This document shows, one piece after another, positions 57,577-64,000 of a stretch of DNA of 64,000 nt. The notes under the pieces are model-generated. The model saw only the letters and a program-made list of their open reading frames with translations. It was not told the DNA's origin and ran no database searches. Source of the DNA: Cyanophyceae cyanobacterium (lineage in GTDB: Bacteria; Cyanobacteriota; Cyanobacteriia; Cyanobacteriales; JBHJGN01). The position numbers were made by a program, and so were the translations under genes. The stretch covers positions 5,062 through 69,061 of the forward strand of contig JBHJGN010000077.1 in NCBI GenBank assembly GCA_050331735.1, written 5' to 3'. Every line of letters begins with the position of its first letter. Within the stretch, counting starts at the first letter, position 1.

Positions 57577-58065
57577 TTAGTTATAAACCTTACCGCCTCC
57601 CCACATTTTGCCGCGAACTTTGGGCTGAATCAAAATGTGTCCAGCAATCGCTTTAAGATCTTCGTCAGTCAGATTGCGCATTTCTGGATAGAGGTCAGCT
57701 CTTTCTGTATTGGGATGCAGAAGGGTAATTTCTGCTTCCCCATCGTAGGTAACAGGATGTTTCATGTAGTCTACAAGAGCCACAATGTTATCTTTCGGAG
57801 GTTCTGCCCCCGCCAGAGTTTCTAAACCCAATCCAACGTTAGGATTCGTTTTCGTTCTGCCTCCCGCATGACACTGAGAACAGGTATCGTTAAACAGGCG
57901 CTTGCCTCGCTCTACCTCTTCAACAGAAAGAACAGTTTGCTGTCCTGATTCATTCAGCGTGACTGTCCGAATCTCGGGATCAACTTCAACAGCGGCTGCA
58001 CTACCGATCCCTTGCAACGCAAAGCAGAGGGTAACTACAGCTACTAAAAGCAATCGTTTTAGCAT
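57577..58065 (-). CDS. psbV: Cytochrome c-550 (PSII extrinsic protein PsbV) precursor
   Basis: Start moved to ATG 58065 (MLKRLLLVAVV), preceded by GAGGAG. Heme motif CSQCH, and C-terminal MWGGGKVYN. Confidence 0.9.
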   Translation of the reverse strand: MLKRLLLVAVVTLCFALQGIGSAAAVEVDPEIRTVTLNESGQQTVLSVEEVERGKRLFNDTCSQCHAGGRTKTNPNVGLGLETLAGAEPPKDNIVALVDYMKHPVTYDGEAEITLLHPNTERADLYPEMRNLTDEDLKAIAGHILIQPKVRGKMWGGGKVYN

Positions 58066-58151
58066 TATTCTCCTCGAATTTGACCTAGTGATGAGCACCA
58101 AAAAACAGAGGTTTAATCTTCGCTCTTGAGGAAACTCATAATTTTCTGGCA

Positions 58152-58349
58152 TTACTGAACAGCGTTGGTTTTGTTTGACTGTACTTCAGACAAAATTTGA
58201 GCAATGACTGCTTTGGCATCTTCTAATGCTAAACAGGTCTGTTCGTTTTTATAGGTAATTCCTGAGCGATCGCAAAGATGAAAGACATCCTCGACTGCCA
58301 GATCGTACTCGGCGGCAATATCCGCAATTGACAGCTCTGCAAAACCCAT
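58152..58349 (-). CDS. Small conserved-looking protein, IF2_N-like helical domain (tentative)
   Basis: 65 aa. LSIADIAAEYDLAVEDVFHLCDRSGITYK resembles the IF-2 N-terminal-type motif. The function is unknown. Confidence 0.35.
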   Translation of the reverse strand: MGFAELSIADIAAEYDLAVEDVFHLCDRSGITYKNEQTCLALEDAKAVIAQILSEVQSNKTNAVQ

Positions 58350-58592
58350 AACTAATCGTTTGCCTAGAGGGTAAAGATTAAACGGTACTGATCAATATCA
58401 TGCCATTTTATCAACACATTTCTTCAAGAGGCTTCTAATCATTCGATTGACAGCAAGTTTCTGAGCAGACGCCCTTGAGCAAGACGTGTCGTCCGTCAAG
58501 CTTAATTTTGATAAACAAGAGCAGATGATGTTCAATAACGCTTCTCCCCAGAGCCACCCTACTCGGACCTGAAAAACTTTAGCATAGGAGTA

Positions 58593-60173
58593 ATGCCCTC
58601 TTCCTTAGCCGTTATGACTCTCACTGAACGAATCCTCTCGCCACTTCCCGGTAATGTCTTAGCCAGATTACGACAAGCTGACCAGATGTGGCACAATCTG
58701 CGCGGAGGAAATCACGAAATTCCCGAGGTAATCACAGAAAGTAAAGAATCTTTAAGCTGCGAATGGGATGTGATAATCAGTGGCGGAACCCTCGGGATTC
58801 TTCTCGCCACTGTGCTTCAAAAACAGGGCTGGCAAGTCGCTTTACTAGAGCGAGGGTTCCTCCGAGGCAGAGATCAGGAGTGGAACATTTCGCGGCAAGA
58901 ATTAACGGTGTTTCTAGAGCTAGACCTGCTTACAACGGCAGAACTAGAGCAGGCGATCGTGACCGAGTACGAGCGAGGGCGTGTTAGTTTTTATCAAGGC
59001 TGCGAGCTCTGGGTGACAGAGGTACTCAATATTGGCATCGATCCGGTGTTTCTCCTCGAAACTCTCAAGCAGAAGTTTTTGGCGGCAGGAGGCCAACTTT
59101 TAGAGCAGACACCGTTTCAATCGGCAACCGCTCATCCCAATGGCGTGGCGGTCACAGCGGGCCATACCCAGTTATCGACCCGCTTGCTGATCGATGCGAT
59201 GGGACATTTTTCTCCGATTGTGCGACAGGCTAGAGCCGGAGCCAAACCCGAAGGCGTTTGCCTCGTCGTGGGTAGCTGTGCGCAAGGCTACTCCAAAAAC
59301 GAAACCGGCGATTTAATTACGTCTTTCACTCCGATTCGCCACCAGTGTCAGTACTTCTGGGAGGCATTTCCAGCGCGAGACGGCAGAACGACCTACCTGT
59401 TTACTTATCTAGATGCCCATCCTCAACGTCCCAATCTGGAATTTTTCATGGAGGAATATTTGGGCCTGTTGCCGGAGTATCAAAATATCGCCCTTTCCCA
59501 GCTTCAGTTTCAGCGGTTTCTGTTTGGCTTTTTTCCTTCCTATCGCCGGATGCCTGTACGGATGCCCTGGCCGCGAATTTTGCCAGCCGGAGACAGCAGC
59601 GGCAATCAGTCTCCCGTCAGTTTTGGCGGCTTTGGGGCTATGGTCCGACACCTCAAGCGTCTGTCTTTAGGAGTTCAAGAAGCACTCGAAACAGATACTC
59701 TAGGGCGAGAAGCGCTCCACCTGCTGCAGCCGTATCAACCAAACATCTCTGTCACCTGGCTTTTTCAAAGAACAATGAGCGTGGATGTCGAGCGGTCAGT
59801 TCCTCCCAATCAAATTAACCAACTGATGAGCGAAGTTTTCACCGTCATGAATCGTCTTGGAGATGACGTTCTCAAGCCTTTTCTTCAGGATGTTGTGCAG
59901 TTCTCTGCTCTTTCTAAAACTCTTCCGCTAGTTGATCCCAAGTTAGTGCTGCCCATTGTGGCTCAAGTCGGCATTGCTCCTCTCGTTGACTGGAGCATTC
60001 ACTATGTCAATTTGGCCATTTACAGCGGTCTCTATCCCCTTGGAAAAGCAATTCTGCCCCTCTGTCAAGATTTACCGGCCCGTCAGCAGTATTATTATCA
60101 TCGCTGGCTAGAGGCGTGGAAGTACGGCTCTGGGGGCGACTATGGTAAGCCAGATCATTCCATTGAGCAATAG
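58593..60173 (+). CDS. FAD-dependent oxidoreductase of the lycopene-cyclase family (CruP-like)
   Basis: WDVIISGGTLGILLATVLQKQGWQVALLERGFLRGRDQEWNISRQEL matches the CruP-type N-terminus as I recall it. Confidence 0.5.
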   Translation: MPSSLAVMTLTERILSPLPGNVLARLRQADQMWHNLRGGNHEIPEVITESKESLSCEWDVIISGGTLGILLATVLQKQGWQVALLERGFLRGRDQEWNISRQELTVFLELDLLTTAELEQAIVTEYERGRVSFYQGCELWVTEVLNIGIDPVFLLETLKQKFLAAGGQLLEQTPFQSATAHPNGVAVTAGHTQLSTRLLIDAMGHFSPIVRQARAGAKPEGVCLVVGSCAQGYSKNETGDLITSFTPIRHQCQYFWEAFPARDGRTTYLFTYLDAHPQRPNLEFFMEEYLGLLPEYQNIALSQLQFQRFLFGFFPSYRRMPVRMPWPRILPAGDSSGNQSPVSFGGFGAMVRHLKRLSLGVQEALETDTLGREALHLLQPYQPNISVTWLFQRTMSVDVERSVPPNQINQLMSEVFTVMNRLGDDVLKPFLQDVVQFSALSKTLPLVDPKLVLPIVAQVGIAPLVDWSIHYVNLAIYSGLYPLGKAILPLCQDLPARQQYYYHRWLEAWKYGSGGDYGKPDHSIEQ

Positions 60174-60242
60174 ACACTGTAGACTGATGAACAGAACCCC
60201 GCCCCAAAAACGACAGGGCTGACTTTTACTGCTTCAGATCCG

Positions 60243-61100
60243 TTGGTGGCAAACGGGGGCAACTCTGATGTTGATTTGACAGTACCACCTGTGAATTTCT
60301 TTTGGCAGCAATTTGAGCAAGAATGTCAGTTGCCGGATGAGCAGATTAATCTGGCAAAAGCCGCTCTGTGTTTTGCCGGATTGGAATATCCCGACCTCGA
60401 ACTCGGCGAGTATCTCAATGCTCTAGACACAATGGCTCAAGAGCTTCAGGAACGCTTACCGGAGACTGATTATCCTTTGAAGATTCTTCAAAGTATTAAC
60501 CAGTATCTGTTTGGCAATCTCGGATTTCGTGGCAACACAGCAGACTACTACGATCCTCGCAATAGTTTTCTCAATGATGTCATTAATAGACGCGTTGGTA
60601 TTCCTATTACTCTCTGCGTCATTTACCTAGAAGTTGCTCAGCGAATCGATTTTCCGATGGTGGGGATCGGGATGCCGGGGCATTTTCTGATTCGTCCAGA
60701 TTTTGCTGAAGCGGGAATTTATGTTGATCCCTTTGAGCAAGGGGAAATTCTCTTTGAACAGGATTGTCAAGAACGGCTTCAGCAGATTTATCGTCATCCA
60801 GTACAAATTCAGCCCCATTTTTTAGCAACCGTGAGCAAGCGGCAAATTCTGGCGCGGATGCTGACTAACCTCAAGCTCATTTACTTGAACGGTCAACAGT
60901 TAACTAAAGCGATCGCTATTATTAACTTATTGCTGCTGGCGTTGCCCAGCCGTTCCCAGGAAATTAGAGATCGCGGCATTCTCTACTACCAGCTCAATCA
61001 GTGGCAACAAGCCGCTCAAGATTTAGCCGCTTATCTAGCAATGATGCCCGAAGCGGACGACGCAGACATCATTCGCCAAATCCTTTCAGAAATTAGTTGA
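60243..61100 (+). CDS. SirB1-like protein (transglutaminase-like N-domain + TPR C-domain)
   Basis: YYDPRNSFLNDVINRRVGIPITLCVIYLEVAQRIDFPMVGIGMPGHFLIR, followed by C-terminal TPR-like helices. Confidence 0.7.
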   Translation: MVANGGNSDVDLTVPPVNFFWQQFEQECQLPDEQINLAKAALCFAGLEYPDLELGEYLNALDTMAQELQERLPETDYPLKILQSINQYLFGNLGFRGNTADYYDPRNSFLNDVINRRVGIPITLCVIYLEVAQRIDFPMVGIGMPGHFLIRPDFAEAGIYVDPFEQGEILFEQDCQERLQQIYRHPVQIQPHFLATVSKRQILARMLTNLKLIYLNGQQLTKAIAIINLLLLALPSRSQEIRDRGILYYQLNQWQQAAQDLAAYLAMMPEADDADIIRQILSEIS

Positions 61101-61103
61101 GCT

Positions 61104-62066
61104 TTGGTAATGACTCAAGACGCTAGCACCTTCTGGAGCGTTGTGATTCCCACCTACAACCGCCAGCCGATCTTAGAAAAATGTTTACAGGCACTAGAAA
61201 ACCAGCAGATTACGCAGGGGATCAGCGGTTATGAAGTAGTTGTCGTTGATGATGGCTCGACTGACGGCACTCTAGAGTGGTTAACGTCCCAAACCGAGCA
61301 GTTGCCTCACGTGCGCTCACTGATCCAGCAGCACCAAGGACCAGCCGCTGCTCGTAATCGCGGGGTTGAGGCAGCTAGAGGCGATACGATCGTCTTTATC
61401 GATAGTGATTTAGTTGTGACTGCCACCTTTCTTCAGGCTCATGCCGATGCCTTAGACGCAGGCGCTAAAAAATGGGGAAGCACTCGCCTGTTCACCTATG
61501 GGCGGGTAGTTAATACCTGTAATTTTGCCGCTCCCACCTCAGAACCCTATAAAATTACCGATTTTTCTGCGGCCTATTTTGCCACGGGCAATGTAGCGAT
61601 CGCTCGTTGCTGGCTGAAGCAGTCTGGAGGCTTCGATCCCCAGTTTCAACTTTACGGCTGGGAAGATTTAGAATTAGGGGTCCGTCTCAAAAAACTAGGA
61701 CTCAAGTTAATTAAGTGTCCCGAAGCGGTCGGCTACCATTGGCATCCTCCTTTTAGTCTTGAGCAGCTTCCTCGCCTGATTGAGAAGGAAATTCAGCGGG
61801 GACGGATGGGAGTACTTTTTTATCGAAAGCATCCCACCTGGTCAGTAAAAATGATGGTTCAGATGACCTGGCTGCATCGTCTTTTGTGGGGGGGATTGAC
61901 CCTGAACGGCAGACTCAACGAGCATTCTTTAGCCCCTCTATTGCAGTGGCTGATTGCTCACAGGAAGCCTCAGCTCGCCCTAGAAGTCGCCCGTGTTTTC
62001 CTCAACTGGTACAGTGTCAAAAGTGTGTATGCGGCTTATACGGACGCTCAAAAAGTTGACACTTGA
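61104..62066 (+). CDS. GT2-family glycosyltransferase
   Basis: WSVVIPTYNRQPILEKCL, VVVVDDGSTDGT and FIDSDL. ATG 61110 is an alternative start. Confidence 0.8.
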   Translation: MVMTQDASTFWSVVIPTYNRQPILEKCLQALENQQITQGISGYEVVVVDDGSTDGTLEWLTSQTEQLPHVRSLIQQHQGPAAARNRGVEAARGDTIVFIDSDLVVTATFLQAHADALDAGAKKWGSTRLFTYGRVVNTCNFAAPTSEPYKITDFSAAYFATGNVAIARCWLKQSGGFDPQFQLYGWEDLELGVRLKKLGLKLIKCPEAVGYHWHPPFSLEQLPRLIEKEIQRGRMGVLFYRKHPTWSVKMMVQMTWLHRLLWGGLTLNGRLNEHSLAPLLQWLIAHRKPQLALEVARVFLNWYSVKSVYAAYTDAQKVDT

Positions 62067-62227
62067 AATTTTCGCTCTTAGATTTGAAGTGCCAAATAAA
62101 CCTTTGGGTTTTTTAGCATAGCTCTTTATTTGCTCTCAGAAAACTCAAAGATACAAATGTTTTCACAAGAAAAATCTTTTAAGCGGTCTCGACCGCTCCT
62201 TCAACAGTATTTAATGAGGAGATACTT

Positions 62228-63535
62228 ATGAATTTATTATTAATCGGTGTTGCTATTGGTTTGGCCGTAGCTGGCGTTCTTTACTGGCTCCAGCACAAAA
62301 AACTTGCTCAAAAGAGCCAGGACATCAAGCAGCTACGACAACAGCTAGAAAAGTCAGAGCAAGCTCATGAAGCTCGCAATCAAGAGCTGGTGCTCTCCCT
62401 GCAACAAGAGTATCAACAGCAGTCAAATCAAAAGATTCAAGATTTAGAGCATCAATATCAAAAGCGACTACAAGAACTAGAGCAGTCTTACCAGTCCCAG
62501 ATGCGTGAATTAGAAGCAAAGAGCGAATCTCACGTTCAGGAGTTGAATCGCTATCAGGCTCAGCTTCAAGAAGCTCACAGTTCTCAGCAACAGCTACAGG
62601 AGTTGGAGCAATCGTATCAAGCTCAAATGCGCGAGCTAGAAGCCGTCTGTGAGTCTCGTGTGCAGGAATTAAATCGCTCTTATCAGGCTCAGCTTCAGGA
62701 TGTTGAGGCTTATACTGCTCGGATTCAGGAGTTAGAACAGTCTCAAGCTCAGCTTCAGGATGTTGAGGCTTATACTGCTCGGATTCAGGAGTTAGAGCAG
62801 TCTCAAGCTCAGTCTCAAGCAGAAATTAGTGCCCTCAAGCAGCATCATGAGGCACAAATTCACCAGTTAAATCAACAACTACTAACTCCGGACACTCAGG
62901 AGGCGACCTGGGAGGGCGATGATACTGATATCGAAACCGATGATGAGCAATGGATTGAACCAGATGAGGATTTCAACACGCAGAGCCAACAGCTCCTCGA
63001 TTCTCAGGACGAATCAGAGCTAGTTCAATTAGAGAATGATTCTCCGAACGAGTTTGAGCTTGAGCTAGCAGAAGAGAATGCCAGTGCGCAGAGCCAACAG
63101 CTCCTCGATCCTGACGAGTTGGATCTAGTCCCGTTAGAGGACGAGCCGACGAACGAGTTTGGCTCAGATGAAGACGCTTTAGACGATCAAATTCAGCAGC
63201 TCACCGATCTTCTGGATGATGATTTTGAATCTCCAGAAGATGAAAACCTCGATGAGCAAATTGAAGAGCTATCGAGTGCTTTTAATGAGGAGGAACAATC
63301 GGAAGCAGATGTTACCATTGACGACTCCGCGCTTGAGGCAGACGAAGCGGCTCTAGACGACCAAATTCAGCAGCTTACCGAACTTCTTGATGATGATTTT
63401 GACTTTTCCAACTCGGCATCTGAGCCACTAGAAATATCAGAAGATAACCTGGACCAGGATTGGTTAGATTCCACAGATTCGGTGGCGACACCAGAAAAAA
63501 GTCACGAACAAACCGCAGAGACAAAGCCAAATTAA
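62228..63535 (+). CDS. Membrane-anchored, Gln/Glu-rich coiled-coil protein with highly acidic repetitive C-terminal half
   Basis: N-terminal TM helix (LLLIGVAIGLAVAGVLYWL). Heptad-like ELEQSYQ.QMRELEA repeats. The acidic repeat ALDDQIQQLT.LLDDDF occurs twice. AGGAG RBS. Confidence 0.7.
   Translation: MNLLLIGVAIGLAVAGVLYWLQHKKLAQKSQDIKQLRQQLEKSEQAHEARNQELVLSLQQEYQQQSNQKIQDLEHQYQKRLQELEQSYQSQMRELEAKSESHVQELNRYQAQLQEAHSSQQQLQELEQSYQAQMRELEAVCESRVQELNRSYQAQLQDVEAYTARIQELEQSQAQLQDVEAYTARIQELEQSQAQSQAEISALKQHHEAQIHQLNQQLLTPDTQEATWEGDDTDIETDDEQWIEPDEDFNTQSQQLLDSQDESELVQLENDSPNEFELELAEENASAQSQQLLDPDELDLVPLEDEPTNEFGSDEDALDDQIQQLTDLLDDDFESPEDENLDEQIEELSSAFNEEEQSEADVTIDDSALEADEAALDDQIQQLTELLDDDFDFSNSASEPLEISEDNLDQDWLDSTDSVATPEKSHEQTAETKPN
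62687..62812 (+). repeat. Tandem duplication, 2 x 60 bp (+6 bp), inside the coiled-coil gene
   Basis: Units 62687-62746 and 62747-62806 differ at one base. They encode AQLQDVEAYTARIQELEQSQ twice. Confidence 0.95.
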
Positions 63536-63571
63536 GACGGCGAGTTGACAGCTCGAGCTCTAGTGGATTAT

Positions 63572-64000
<429 letters not shown>

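Noticed and set aside
58066-58152. N-terminal extension of psbV (track start 58152)
   Set aside because: ATG 58065 is preceded by GAGGAG and yields a normal signal peptide (MLKRLLLVAVV...). The extension would abut the upstream small ORF.

Overview
The window is cyanobacterial chromosome. The HIP1 octamer GCGATCGC is frequent throughout, and psbV, petE and a cyanoexosortase A locus are present. I found no rRNA, tRNA or CRISPR array.

Layout:
- 1-7.7 kb: a minus-strand polysaccharide locus that depends on an ABC transporter (GT39, Wzt, Wzm, double GT2, GalE-GT2 fusion).
- 8.3-13.1 kb and 27.1-32.3 kb: purine/urate catabolism genes (8-oxoguanine-deaminase-like, GntR, AllC-like, NCS2 permease, HpxO, OHCU decarboxylase). 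They are separated and flanked by a mosaic GGGGAAA/mini-hairpin repeat family.
- 13.2-26.4 kb: seven minus-strand genes that split the purine genes and partly look AT-richer by eye. This is the most interesting part.
  - It contains a small Bell-like protein whose C-terminal motif is echoed at the N-terminus of the adjacent NACHT NTPase. That is amyloid-signalling (BASS-type) logic, but the NLR is membrane-embedded rather than repeat-bearing.
  - It contains a 1873-aa Ser/Thr-kinase/AAA/TPR/GAF protein that ends in a second AAA-like NTPase instead of a histidine kinase.
  - It contains a divergent tyrosinase-like protein 18 nt upstream of that kinase, and a paralogous HTH-AAA-like protein.
  - A CTCAT-array cis element is shared by two of its intergenic regions, and a collapsed WD40-STAND remnant plus a MITE sit at the edge.
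- 33-37.6 kb: glycogen-related genes (AGE-like/STAS protein, GlgX).
- 37.6-41.6 kb: a small oxidoreductase cluster (GMC, DJ-1, ABMx2).
- 41.6-49.5 kb: Uma2, MFS, two MITE copies, GNATs, a secreted EEP nuclease, Hsp20 and an orphan histidine kinase.
- 49.8-56.2 kb: an EPS/cyanoexosortase A locus.
- 56.2-64 kb: rhomboid, petE, psbV, CruP-like, SirB1-like, GT2, an acidic coiled-coil protein and a partial tgt.

All domain calls come from reading motifs in the supplied translations. No database search was run.
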